This document shows positions 1-15,584 of a stretch of DNA of 64,000 bases, one piece after another. The translations under genes and the position numbers were made by a program. The stretch is from the human T2T-CHM13v2.0 reference genome, Homo sapiens. The notes beneath the pieces were generated by a model. It was given only the letters and a program-made list of their open reading frames with translations, was not told the origin of the DNA and searched no databases. The stretch is taken from NCBI RefSeq assembly GCF_009914755.1, contig NC_060933.1; one strand, given 5' to 3'. Position 1 is the first letter of the stretch; every line of letters begins with the position of its first letter.

Positions 1-391
1 GTTGACATTGCTGGGGTGAACTCATCTGTTCCCATTCTATGTGAATTCTGTATATTCCTTTGCCCTATATCCACATCTGAGGAGACTTTGAAACACAACT
101 AATATTCAGTAGGCTTACCGCATTAGAGTTTGGATTGACCATTCTGATTACATACGAGCGTAAACACCATCTTGAACAATGGAGGAAATATCATACAGGC
201 AATAATGTTATTTCTTCTACGGTACACTACTAGAATTGGGCACTGGTCTGACATATAGAACAGGAAAAGTTACTAAGATATAAATTGAGATACATATCTG
301 CAATTCTCTTTCATAGCTATCTTTTAAAACTGAATCTGTAGAACAACCAAAGTGGTGTGAAACATTCTCTATACATCACCCCTTTTATCTA

Positions 392-2570
<2,179 letters not shown>

Positions 2571-2789
2571 AAAAAATGCTACTTCTTTCCTACTTGAGCG
2601 CACACTCTCATATTTCAGTGGAAAGAGGTAGAGGTATCTTTCTGAGCCATATTTTTCTCAGACTAGCAGAGTAAAAGAGCAGAACACAGTTTTGTTTTTG
2701 GAGAAAAACATTAGTTACTTCAAGTAACTTTCCTACTTCAGTCAGTTTTTAATGTTCTAAATTCAAGCCTTTAGAATGTCCAAGAGCTG

Positions 2790-2930
2790 ACCTATTATCC
2801 TAACTTTATGGATGAAGAAACTGCACATAAAACCAGTTGAATGGCAAAGACATGCAGGTGGTTAACTGCGGTACTGGAATTTGAAATCTGAACTCTGTTC
2901 ATATGATTAAAGATCACTGCACTTCACCAT
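2790..2930 (-). mobile_element. MIR fragment
   Basis: 'tattatcctaactttatggatgaagaaactg...ggaatttgaaatctgaactctg' resembles the MIR core in reverse. Confidence 0.55.
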
Positions 2931-3229
2931 TTCAGTTCCCAGTATACAATATTTTTCTCATTTCTACAGGTTAAAAATTGGAGCAAGAAGTCAAATAGAA
3001 TTTCATAGACAGCAAAACTGACCAAAATAGAACAATGGGTGTACCCTCTTTTGACAATATCATCTTTTGGAACATTCTAAGCTGCGCTCAGTTACAGAAA
3101 TATGTGGTAGCCCTGTCATAATTTCATTAATAAATGACATTGCTCTTGAGTTCCATAGAAGCTCATTGAGACTAGTAGTTTTTGTTATGGTTTTAATTTC
3201 AAGATTATTTTTTGAAAGTCAGCATAAGT

Positions 3230-3565
3230 GTACTTATTAAGAGCCTGGGGTCTAAAATCAGACTTCATGGGTACAAACCCAGAAAAACTACATTAAGAGC
3301 AGTGTGTGACCTTCAGCAAATTACCTAACCTCTCTATGATTCAGTTTTTTTCACCTGTAAAATCGGAATAAAATAACATCCTCCAAAAGGGTTGGTGAGA
3401 ATCACATGAGTTAATATAATAGAGTCCATTTTCCTAAGCAAATTAATGTAGGAATAAAAATTAAATACTGCACTACTATATGAGTTATAGTAAATTATAC
3501 GAGTTAATATATGTAAATTCCCAGCATATAGTAAATACAATTTAAGTGGTTGATATTATTATTTT
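3230..3565 (+). mobile_element. MIR
   Basis: 'gtgtgaccttcagcaaattacctaacctctctatgattcagtttttttcacctgtaaaatcggaataaaataa' is the MIR core; the 3' tail ends in attattatt. Confidence 0.75.
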
Positions 3566-3571
3566 CTATTT

Positions 3572-3785
3572 TGTGAAATTTGCAATTAACTGAATTATTT
3601 GAGGTTTCTGACCATGCTATCTAGAAACAAATAAAACTTTGATGTATTTCATATTAATTATTATGCTCACTTGAAAAGGCCATCCTAAGCAATGAGGTAG
3701 CAACAATGAAGGCCAAGTTAAAATGATCTCACAGCCCATAGAGCTTTTTCGCTATCATCGTATGTTGGGTCTGCTTTTTTTAGTA
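3572..3785 (+). repeat. Left arm of ~210-bp diverged inverted duplication
   Basis: Matches the reverse complement of 4938-5146 at roughly 80% by manual alignment (e.g. ttatttgaggtttctg, tctagaaacaaataaa, acttgaaaag.ccatcctaag, gcaacaatgaag.ccaagttaaaat). Confidence 0.9.
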
Positions 3786-4269
3786 ATAAAAGAGTGTGGA
3801 AGTGGAGCAAACTTATCTTAAAGATTCAAGTTTACTAAATCCTGATTGTTAAAAGAAGATTGGGTAAGATTAGAAATTTAAAAAAAAGATTCGGAGACAT
3901 TTTATGAAAGATAGTTTAGAAGAAAAAATGGTATCACAACTAAACTAGTATAAGACATACTGCATCCTCTATAATCTATGAATGCACATTAACATTTTAA
4001 AGGATTTGAAATTCATCCAGCATATATAAACATGTGTGATTTTATAAATTCACCTTCTCCCAAATGTATATGTGTTTTCGGTGTGAGTATGCATATGGGT
4101 AAACCTTAATGAGTAACATTATTAACTGTTCTTCCATAGGATATGTTTTGAGAAATGCTTGTCACCTAGTTTACACCAAGTATTATTTCTTAGTTTAGAC
4201 TTAATTCCACAATTGAACAGATGGGTTTTTCTGAGGAATGAGGTAGAAAAATGGTAACAGCAACAAACT

Positions 4270-4465
4270 GAGAATGTTTAGTACATAGCATTTCACTAAG
4301 CACTTTCCATCCATCTCATTTAATAGTTAGAACAATATGAAGTCTAAATACCATATTATCCTCAATCTATAGAGAAAATTTAAATATCCATCCCAAGTTC
4401 AAATGGGTAGAAAGAAGTGGAATTTGAACCAAAGCAGTCTAGTTGCAAAGCCTACTCTCTTAGAC
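4270..4465 (-). mobile_element. MIR fragment
   Basis: 'ccatattatcctcaatctatagagaaaatt...ggaatttgaaccaaagcagtct' resembles MIR in reverse. Confidence 0.55.
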
Positions 4466-4764
4466 TGATCTCTATTATTTCTCCAGGTAGAGAAGGCAAT
4501 TGCAAGAATCAAAAATATCTGACAAACTAGACACTCGGAAATACATTTAGAAAGGAGGATGATCTCAGAGCCACTGGAAGTCATTTACAAAGAAGTCAGC
4601 AACCACAGGGAATATGCAACAATGAGAATTTCATAGGAGTTTTATTACTGTAAGACTCTTTTTGTTATTATTTATAGTTTTAATACTAATGGTAACAGAA
4701 ATAAAAATTTTCAAATATATACATGTTGGAGCGTTACAGATTGGGAAGTAAGAAGAATGAATAT

Positions 4765-4930
4765 ATATTGAGCACCTCGTAAGTGTCATGTTCTGTTCCT
4801 CACTGACATGCATTGTCTTACTTTACCTATTGATCCTATAAGCTGGGGACGATCCTCCTTGTTTTGTAGAAGAGAAAATTGAAGCTTAAATCTATTAGGA
4901 AACTTGTCAATGAATCAAATAATAATAAAG
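4765..4930 (-). mobile_element. MIR fragment, ending at the inverted-duplication arm
   Basis: 'tattgagcacct...ttttgtagaagagaaaattgaagctt...aacttgtcaa' resembles MIR in reverse. Confidence 0.55.
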
Positions 4931-4937
4931 AAACAAA

Positions 4938-5146
4938 TACTAAAAGAGCAGGCAGCATACTGAGATAACGAAAAAGGTCAGTGAGATTATTTTAACTTGG
5001 TCTTCATTGTTGCTTCCTCATTTCCTTAGGATGGGCTTTTCAAGTTGGCATTATAATTAATATTAAATAAATATTCCAAAGTTTATTTGTTTCTAGACAG
5101 CCTGGCCAGAAACCTCAAATAATTTCACTTAATTGCAAGTTTTACA
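4938..5146 (-). repeat. Right arm of ~210-bp diverged inverted duplication
   Basis: Reverse complement aligns to 3572-3785. Confidence 0.9.
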
Positions 5147-7909
5147 TTCAGATGGGACTGACTGAAAGTTTCTCCTATAACACAGGTGAGAAAGTGGGGC
5201 ATATGGGAAACTGCTTGGCTCATGACTGAGAGGAACCCCAAGAAGCAGAGGAGGTGTTAGCCTAGAAAGCAAGTAAAAGTAGATTTACTATGGGACTCGC
5301 TGAAAGTAAGGAATGAAGGTGTGGAAATTGATGTAGGTGTGAAATTTTAAAAATGCCTCCTCAAGCAGATAAAATGCAAAAAGTCACCCAATTTGCAGAA
5401 GCATAAATTGCAATATGACAGTCCTTTCACTGCTAATATAGTGTCATCCTAGGATGTAGTATCAGGTAAGTAGAGTATGGCTAGTTTCTCACCTTCCATC
5501 CTCTGCTAGATACCTTTGAACAGGGCACAAACTTAGCAATGACAAGAGTGCCACTGGACATGAGGAGCCAACTTAAAATTTAAAGGTGAGCCCACTAAGG
5601 CTTTTACCATAGAAGGATCACCTTCAATGATAGAAACAGTTCTTACCTCCATTTCAGGGCATATAGTCAGCTTTTTCCACAGATGCTTTGCACAGGTCCT
5701 ATTACTACACCTATACGGTATATTTTAAGGGTGAAACAACCACATACAAATAAAAGCTAATTTTATATTGGAAGGTGTATTGTGCAATGGAAAGGTGACC
5801 TCAACTGTACTCAGTAAGAGTGATATAAAATCATAAATCCTAGCCACAGCTGCGGTATATTAGAGGCCACACATTACATTTGTAAACAATTGCAAATCCA
5901 TTCTGGGGACAGTGCTGAGTGACCTGGTTTTAGGTGCTGTAAGGGACAGCATTGGAAACATGTATTTAAGGATACACTGCTAACTCCTTAGCTACAAGAA
6001 GAAAAGCCATATGTCAATTGGCCAGCCATACACATCCCACGTTTTATAGAAATTCTAAAAAGGAGGCACATTTGTAATTTATATTTTAATGTTGATTAAT
6101 CACAGATATGTTAAATTTTTACCCATTTTGTTTTAATAAATACAAATGCATATAATAACATATTTGAGAGCTTTTATAAATCGGTTGTTCCCCCACATTG
6201 ATTACATGACCAGTTGGCTTTTCATGCCTTATAAAATCACTACTCATTCTCTCTCATTTTATAATATGCATTATCTTTTGAGACTCACATTGGATCAAGA
6301 TATTTCATCTAAAATTTGCCATAGATCCTTCAATACATTCTGTTGCCTGGGGTATTGAATTTGATGAAACATTCCTCCTGAGTAGAAAACAAAAACAACT
6401 GTAAACAAAAATCAGGTACAGAAAGCTCCAGATTATTGCTAGAAGGATGTCAATATAAAAAAACCCACTAAATTTATTATTAATTTTAAAACTCCCTAGA
6501 ACTAATGTCAATATTATTATTTTGCCTATTAATCTCAGATAAACAAAACATGTCACAACATCTACCATCCCTTGCTGGATTATTATTATATTACTTATAT
6601 TAATAAAATACTCATAAATAAAATAGTAAAACATTCATAAGATTCTAATCAAATATTGAATTTATGCACAATTTTAGCCTCTGGATTTCAGATATTCCCC
6701 TAGATATTTCTCCTGAGGTGATATTGTTAGTAGCACTGTCTATCACTTTTGCCAATTCACTCTGATATATGTCTTCAGTTTACCCAAGTGCTTCAAAATG
6801 AGTATAAAGAAAAATTTTCTATTTCATAAAAAGGGTTTTCAAAATTACCTTTACAAAATATCAGAAACATTACACTTACATTCTAGTCAAATTCTTACAA
6901 TGGAAAACTGCTCACAAAATGAAAGCTATATTTTTCTGATAATTTTCCCAATGTATTTCACATTCATTATCATAATAATTACATTCATTTCTTCATTCAT
7001 TCCTTCAATATCTCTTCTTCAAAACACACACTTTATGCCGACTTCAGGAAGAATAAGAGTAGGACTTAATGTCTAGAAACCAATTAAACATGTTAAATTT
7101 AATAATGTAAACAACATGTTAAAGGGATTACGAAGAGCTGAGGGAGTCGGTCTATAGACCTAGTATAGCTGAGGGAGAGAAAATGGCTGAACAAGGAGCA
7201 CGCATCTTGGAATGGTTTTCAAACAATTTTTACTTACACAGCACTAATATCTGCACATGCTTTTAATTACTTTATATAGCTTGTCCTTTTTAAGTAAATC
7301 TGGAGTTCCCTTTTCATAACTATCTATATATTTCTTGATTATCACAATTTTCTTCCTAAAACCAGGAGGTAAGATAGACATTGACAAGATTATTGCCATT
7401 GAGTTATGACATTTTAAACTGCATATTATATATATATATATATTTATTTAAGAGCATTGCAGTAAGAAAACTTTAAAAATGAATAAAAACCACATTCCAC
7501 TATGGTTTAATTAGCAAAAAATAGTCACAAAAGCTCACCCCAAATATCTGGAGCAAAATGGAAACTACCCAAGAGTCTCATTAGAGAAAGGGAATTATAC
7601 AATATAAGCCCCCTAAAGCCCTTTGTGGTTTTATGGTTGTGCTTTTGTCTTAGGTTTCATTTTGAGACTCAGTGTGAAGGTCTGAGGGTTCATTGTCTCT
7701 CCTTGATCCCTCCCCACCACTGAGTTCTATTAGATATTTTCTATTTCCTCCCAAATGGAGCTCTGGAGTCTTAGGGATGCTTATCCTTACAGGCAGCAGA
7801 GTCAGGACTGGTCCAGACACTCTTCCACAGGCCAATATATCATGTTCTTGCTTGGTGTTCTCAAGAATTTAGAAAAATTAAAAGTGGAGTTAAAGAATTT
7901 AATGGCTTG

Positions 7910-8402
7910 TTGACAGCACCATTCTTCACAATAGCCAAGAAGTGGAAGCAACCCAAGTGTCTATCGATGGATGAATGGATAAACAAAATAAATAAAATGT
8001 GGTATATCCATACAACGGAAAATCATTCCACCTTAGAAAGGAAGGACATTCTGACACATACCACCATGTGTAGGAAACTTAAGGACATTATGTTAAGTGA
8101 AATAAGCCAGTCACAAAAGGACAAATACTGTTCGATTCCACTTATATGAGGTACCCAGAGTAGTCAAAGTCATAGAGACAGAAAGTGGAATGGTGGGTGC
8201 CAGGGGCTGGGAGAGGAGGGAAGGAGGAGTGATTGTATAATGGGTACAGAATTTCTGTTTTACAAGACAAAAAGAGTTCTGGAGATGGATGGTGGTGATA
8301 GTTGCACAAGAATGTGAATGTACTTAATGCCACGGAACTGTATAGTTACAAATGGTTAAGGTGATAAATTTTATGTTATATATATACATTTTATAATTAA
8401 AA
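7910..8402 (+). mobile_element. 5'-truncated L1MB (L1MB2-4-like) 3' end
   Basis: ORF2 C-terminal remnant (ORF 7907-8149) and 3'UTR 'gagttctggagatggatggtggtgatagttgcacaag'. Perfect 18-bp TSD aaagaatttaatggcttg at 7892-7909 and 8403-8420. Confidence 0.88.
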
Positions 8403-9849
8403 AAAGAATTTAATGGCTTGATGAATTCTTTAAAAATATCTGTTGAACTTCCTATATACACGAACACACATATGCACACACACATAATGCAGGTCTATAA
8501 TAATAGAAATCATAAATTTTATCTGGTATATGACAAGTTAAAATTATATGCAATATGATTATGTAACTCATAGCCAAAATTATGAAAATAACTATAATGG
8601 GATTGTTTTGCATAGCAATTGTGTATATTATGTCATTACATTAGAATGCAATTTGTAATAATATTTTCTTTGATTGCTCTCAGGTATGCTATTTAAAAGT
8701 TATTTTATATTAAAACGCCAGTACTTATAAACCAGCTTAATTTGTGGATTTATCTGAAAATCATTATTTTAAACTCAAAGTCAATACAGTAAAATGGTCA
8801 AAATTATTTGTTCAAAAATATTTAAAATCCAACATGTAGGTGGAGTAATCCAAGTATTTAAGAAGCAACAGCTTTATACTGGTCCTTAGCATAGACGATG
8901 ATTTGCTCCTGCCTTAGTCTCCTGTCGTGTTTCCTGCTACATATTCCAGCTACTCTCATTTCTTGGCAGCTGTATTGTAGTTTTCAACTTTTCAATGTCT
9001 TTGCACATGCTAGGCTTTCACAACACATTTTTCTCCCTTTGTATATCTGGGAAAAGACTCCAAATAATGCTTTACATTTCAGTCCATTAATGCCTCCTTT
9101 GGGACATCTTTCCTGAACTAGCCTTTGTCTCATTCTCCATAACTCTGAAATAGCATTATTTACCTTTGGAATGAGGACTCTTTGAGGATGGGAATTATTA
9201 TCATTTATTATTTTACTGATTTTTTTTCTAATGCCTACTAAAGTACTCTCCACATTAGAAATTCAATTAGTCTTGAGGGATTAAAATTAGTCAACGGCCC
9301 ATATTTGAAAATCACATTAATTCATCTTGAAGTATAAGTTAATATCTATTATTGAAGTAATTGTCTAACCACCTAGTTCCTTTTATGGTACTGTTTTTAT
9401 GATTGCTGCAACATAATTTTTAATAAGAATAGTTAGGTAGAAAAGCTACATTTAGAGAGGAATGTTATTTCTGCAGTGGCAGTGTTTTATGGCAAGTGCA
9501 TGGGATTAGAAGGTAAGAAAGCATGATTCTTGCCCCTCCACTTTTACCTCTACTTTCTACGAATTTCTATTTCCTTATCTGTGAGATGAAGCAGTTCAGT
9601 TAGATGACTTCTCAAATTTTTGCAGCTCTGTGATTCTAACAATTGGTAATTTGCCCATCTCTCACTCCCTCTGCCAACCTGAATTGGACCAGTTTACTAT
9701 TTTCTAAAAATCCAGGTTTTTAATACCAAAAGATGTCTGAATTACTAACATGCTACTTGTGTTCATATTATTGTATATAAGAAGCTTCTGAAAAACCTGT
9801 TCTATTTTTATTTCAAAAACAGTACAAGTGAAAGTGTAGTCTCTCTTTC

Positions 9850-10045
9850 ATGATGCCACCATGGAGGCACAGATTTCAGGACCCCTGCAATAGGGAAAGG
9901 TAGCCAAGGGTCTTACATGACATTGAATATGCTTTTTACTTGGAAACACAAAATCACCTCCACTCACATTTTGTTGGCCAAAGCAAGTCATATGATCACC
10001 AAGGGGATGAATGCCCAGAAAGAGACAAAACAAGAACAAGAATCC
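9850..10045 (-). mobile_element. MLT1J/K-like ERVL-MaLR LTR fragment
   Basis: 'cacctccactcacattttgttggccaaagcaagtcatatg' matches a conserved MLT1J/K motif. Confidence 0.6.
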
Positions 10046-10062
10046 TGATCTATCACATATTC

Positions 10063-10085
10063 AAAAAAAAAAAAAAAAAAAAAAA
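10063..10085 (+). repeat. A23 homopolymer
   Basis: Pure A run, counted directly. Confidence 0.95.
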
Positions 10086-10394
10086 GGACATTCTTTTGTA
10101 ACTACTCCTTTTCCCCTGACCTAATTTGTGCATAATATACCATGGCACTAAAAATATTGCACTTATTGAATTCAATAAGTTTTTGAATTCAATTTTGTGA
10201 ACAGACCACAGATCTTTTAACAAGTTCTCTCCTCTACCACTACTCCATGCAGAAAATAAGGTTGATTCCTATTTTTCTATTCTGCAATATATTGTTCTAG
10301 GACCTCCTAGAAATGACATTTTGATGTCAAAGATAATCCACATTTAATTTTTTGATCGATTCTTTACATTTGGCCTGCAGAAAGTCTATCAATT

Positions 10395-11395
10395 TAATAA
10401 TTTATTCATTACAGGCTGAGGTTTATAGTGTACCTACTGTATATAAAACTCAACCTGAAAGTTTTGGCTTCAAGGCAGAATATGACATGCTTATTGAAAT
10501 GGTATGCATAAAGAGGGAAAGTATAGTAACACAAAGAAAGAAAGAATTTACTGAGCTGTGAAAGTGACGGACACACAGAAAGTTCTAAACAAAATGAAAC
10601 AAAACAAAAGTGGATTTATCTCAGCCTCTAACAAGAAGTAAAGTTTAAAAGGCATTGGGTTATGAGAGGACCATCTAGACGATAGAATCAACATGATCAG
10701 AAGAATAGTGACAAGAAATGTTGAGATGTATTTAGAAAAAAAAATTGACCATTTGAACTAAAATAAAAACGTGTCTTTCTCTTTCTTTTTTAAATAGACA
10801 TAGAAAAAAAGCAGGAAGAACATCAGGCTAAAATATACAGAAAATTTAAGGTCAGCTTAAATATGTAAAATGTCTATATGTTTCATTGAAACTTTTGGCA
10901 GTGACATACAGAAAGGAAAGGGAGAGTGAAAGCTACTGCCAGAGTTTGGAATTGATGCCATAAGGGGAAAAATTTTAGTAGGGAGGTTGGCAGAGAAGAG
11001 GAAAAGGTAACAGCCACTGTAAAGGATGAGATATTAACAAGCTGAATGAAGGGATGAGGAAGAAATCGATGATGACACTATGGGCTTGAGCCTGGGGAAC
11101 TAGAAAATATGCAGAGCACTAACTTAAAATACAAATGAGGGGAATATGTGGGTTTCATGGAAGAACATATAAATTTACCTTTGAAACATTAAGACTAATG
11201 GGATAACAAAAATGAAAGTGGACTTGGCAGATGGAAACGGTAAATGAAATACCGGTCAGAGATGGATATGCACACACACTCTCTTAGTTGTGGCCAGCAA
11301 CATTGTAGAAATGGATGGAATCTAAGAAATCTAATGAAGGTCCACATTTGGGAGATGTGAGGAAGAGGAGGCGCCAACAAAAATATGAAATAATC
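10395..11395 (-). mobile_element. L2 fragment(s), highly diverged
   Basis: 'tttattcatt...gtgtacctactgtat' and purine-rich 'ttgagcctggggaactagaaaat', 'ggacttggcagatgga' are typical of reverse L2. Confidence 0.55.
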
Positions 11396-11499
11396 AAATC
11401 AGGGTATGGAATATCTTAGTTATAAAGATCATGCTGCATAAACATGACTCATTTTTTTGTTGTAAATAGAATTTTACAGAAGCAGCCCTGGAATTGCCG

Positions 11500-11800
11500 T
11501 TAGAATGACCCCCAGAGTTTATTGATTAACTTTGCCACTTACCGGCTGTGTAAGCCTAGGCAAGTTTACTACCTGTTCTTAAGCAATCTCATCTGTCCAG
11601 CATGAATGATGATGCTAAGTACACGTGTTTGTTATGAGGATACACAACATAATGCATGTAATAGTACCTGGCACCATTCCTAACAAGTGTTCAATAAATA
11701 TAAGTTTAATCCAGATACATTGCTTTTTAGTCTAATTGTTTCCACAGTATCTGGTAAATGACTTATATGTAGTATGTGCTAAATAAACATTTGTTGCATT
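11500..11800 (+). mobile_element. MIR plus L2 3' tail fragments
   Basis: 'ctttgccacttaccggctgtgtaagcctaggcaagttt' and 'tacctggcac...ttcaataaata'. Confidence 0.6.
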
Positions 11801-12019
11801 AGGGACTGGGAAAAGATAGACATTAGAACTGCAATGTCAACTGCAATATGATTAAACTCATTGTCCTTCCTGGATTATTCCCTGAAAACATTTTCTCAGT
11901 GGCCTAAAGGTATTACTAACTTCCTTAGTTCAACATACTCACAAACATTATACTTTATATCTGGCATTATTAATAATTTCTTTAGTGTAAAAGTCATTGG
12001 TTCTGATCATTCAGATACG

Positions 12020-12965
12020 GGTGATTCTCTGCACTTGGAGGCAAATGGCAGCATTGTACTTTTTGGCTGCCATGTGGTTGAAAGAGGGTGAGTGACTAGC
12101 TTAGGATGGATGTTGTGGGAATAAGTGACATCTGTGGGTGTCCAATCAACCTGATTCTTGGAGTCAAGTCATTGTTGCTGCTTTAGAACACTAGGAATTT
12201 GTTATATTGTTTTCTTTTCTTTTGTCTTTATTTTTTAAATTGAAGAATAAAAATTGCATAGTTTTATGGTAGACAGCATGATGTCTCGATATACATACAT
12301 TGTAGACTGGCTAAATCAAGCCAATTAACATATACGTAACTTCACAAACGTATTTTTTTTGTAGCGAGAACACTTTGAAATCTACTCTCTTTGCAATTTT
12401 CAAGTGTACAGTATATTGTTATTAACTATAGTCACTGTGATGTATGATAGATCTCTTGAACTAATTCCTTCTGTCTAACTGAAATTTTGTATTTTTTTTT
12501 ACCATCTCTCTAATCCCCAGCCCACCCCATCCCAGCTTCTGGTACCCAAGATCCTACTCTCTGCTTCTATAAATTTGAACTTCTGAGGTACCATATATAA
12601 ATGAGCTTCTCAAAAAATCAAAAAATCCAACTGCCATATGATCCTGCAATCCTACTGCTGGGTATTTATCCAAAAAAATATAAAATCAATATGTTGAAGA
12701 GATTTCTGCACTCTCATATTTACTGCAGCATTATTCACAATAGTCAAGCTATGGAATCAACTTAAGTGTATATCAGTGAATGAATGGAAAAAAATGTGGT
12801 ATTTGCACACAAAGGGATACTATTCATCCTTAAAAAAGAGGAAAGCCTGTCCTGTATAAGAACACATAAACCTGGAGGACATTATGTTAACTGAATTAAG
12901 TCAGGCACGTAAAGAGGGGTTTTTTTTTTTGTTACTTCAGCATAACTTATTCCATAATATAATAC
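12020..12965 (+). mobile_element. MLT1H/I/J-like LTR remnant, split by an L1MA8 insertion
   Basis: 'gtgagtgactagcttagg...gaataagtgacatctgt' on the left and the LTR end 'ttgttacttcagcataac' on the right. Confidence 0.5.
12208..12915 (-). mobile_element. L1MA8-like 3' end with 5' inversion (12208-12605 minus, 12606-12915 plus)
   Basis: Minus part is the L1MA 3'UTR ('aatctactctc...attaactatagtcac'); plus part is the immediately upstream ORF2 end ('ccatatgatcctgcaatcc...gcagcattattcacaatag...ggaggacattatgttaa'). Confidence 0.8.
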
Positions 12966-15225
12966 TATACTCAGCCTATTGTTGAGAAAGTCCTTTCCAG
13001 ATTCCCTCGCTTGAAAACCTCAGCACCTTCAGTAGCACTAGGACTAGCATATCATTTGCACGTTCACACTTTAAGAATGAGGTAAGGCACTAAAACAGGC
13101 TACTGTATCAGAAACCAACTAGCATAAAAAAAGAAACAATGTGAACATGTTGCCATATTTTTAAGTAGTCAGCAAAGTTGATTCCTTAAAAATCTAAACA
13201 GGAGGCTAAAAAGAGGTTTTCTACAAGCAAGTTCTTTCTGTTACTGCATTTTTATTTCTTGCTTCTGTGAAGTTTTGTTTCTGATAGATGACTACTGTAT
13301 TCTCATACGGATGCAGAGAAGAGGACTGGTATTAAAGCTGATGAGTGATGTTACAGTCAGTAAAGAAACGGTTGATGTTAAATTGGCTGGCTAGTAGATA
13401 TTTTGGGGAACAAAGTAATTTTTCCTAATAAAAGCTGTCAAGTTGTTTGCTGTAAGAAGTAAAATAAAATCGCATGTACTACATAATTGCCAAATCCTAT
13501 TGTACTCAAATATCCTATCAGATACCTACTACTTTAAATAAATGCCTTCTGAACTAATTCTTTACCAAGTTTGGGAACCATAAACCAGGGCAAATATAAT
13601 AATCAACTTTTACTCAGGCAACTCTATTTCAGATTTTCTACTAAGGTGCTGACTACCTAACTATTATTATGTTCATCTTCTTTGACCCAAGTCATATTTA
13701 AGTGAATGTGTTCACTGCTGTTATTGGTACCTGACAACGGGTTGAGTGATGGGGTGTCTGATAGTATTTCCATGGCAGTATTACTAGTGGTTGATAAAGC
13801 CAGACCTCTAGGGTCCAATTTTCTGAAACTCATGGGGAAAAATAGGAGCTAGAAAATGAACTATCTGGTTATATATTTTTTTCATTGTTGCAAGGAGACT
13901 ATTTTCAAGAAAGATTGTGACAGGAATAAAAAGACAAGGACAAGCAGCCCCAAACTGTCAAAATCCTAGCATTTTTCAGCTGTTTCCTGATATATGCCAA
14001 TGTTTTATGCCAAAAAGAAAAAAAAAAAGCAGAAGAAGAAAAGTTTCTTTTCTCAAAGATGATGTCAACATATCTGATGCATTGTGTGAGGAAAAATGTA
14101 GATGCTATAATTTATTGTTTGTTATTAATTTCAAGGACAGATTAAATTTCCTCATAATAGGGCAGAACACCCTGACACAAACCGTCTGCTAAGTACTTAT
14201 TGACACAAAGTTGAAAAGCAATTCTTTCATCTAGAAAGACAGCTCTCTTTCATCTACAGCACTAAATCAAATTATGAAGTAGCTCCTACATTCCAGGCTC
14301 TGCTCTAGTTGCACAAACTTGGAATTTCATTCTCTACCATCTCCCTGTGAAGTTGTTATTATTGCTGTCATTCTGTAGGAAGAGAAAACTGTGTCTTAGG
14401 TTCGGTCCTTTCTTCAACATCGCATGACTAAGAAGCAGTGTCACAGTGCTTTTACATTTGGTTTTCTGTCTGACTCTAAAGGGATGAGCTCTCCATTATA
14501 GCCCAGCTGCCTTCCTCTCCCAACAACAAACACTAATAAATGAAAAAGTGAATCACAGAGAGAAAGAATTTGAAAAGAAAATGAGATGAGAAAGGGGGAA
14601 ACAAAAACATGAGAAAGTTTGGTTGCCTGAGATTGTTTCAAAATGGAGGAAAAGAGCAATTTTGTCTCAACTTGCCAAATTAAGCAAGGTCAGTTAAAGG
14701 CTATATCTTGCCAAAAGAAAGCTTACTGACTGGGCATTGGCCTATCCAATCCGTAAAAGGTTGGCAAAAATTATTGTGGGAAAGTCACTTAATACAGAAA
14801 TAGCTCCTGGCTAATTGAGAGAAAAAACAGTTAGAAAGGATATGACAGCCTCCTTTTCTTAAATATTAGGTAGAATTTATTATGAGACTTAATTTCATAA
14901 TATCTAATGCAGCCGACTTTTAAACTAGCTAAAGCTTAACAAGAATTTTAGTGAATTTTTTTAAAGAGACCCTCATGATCTGGACTGCTATTTATTTTGT
15001 ATTTGATGTATGAGGATTTTTGATTTGGGGATAAAATTGTCTTTCTGGATTCAACACATGAGAGAGTGCTGGGTTCTAGAACTGTTTACTTTCTGTATGG
15101 CTTTATATACATTCTTTGAGTTCCTGTGCCACTTTTAACTTATTTGTAAAAAGGGGAGAATACAATGCTTTAAGATTTTATTAGAATAAAATTAGATAAT
15201 GAATGCCATGACATTTTCCAAATAA

Positions 15226-15584
<359 letters not shown>

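Noticed and set aside
5460-5472. Isolated strong splice donors (CAG|GTAAGT here and near 36742)
   Set aside because: No matching acceptor or reading frame; such motifs occur by chance.
10063-10085. Orphan A23 as the tail of a processed pseudogene
   Set aside because: No TSD or poly-A signal, and the upstream sequence is an MLT1 fragment.
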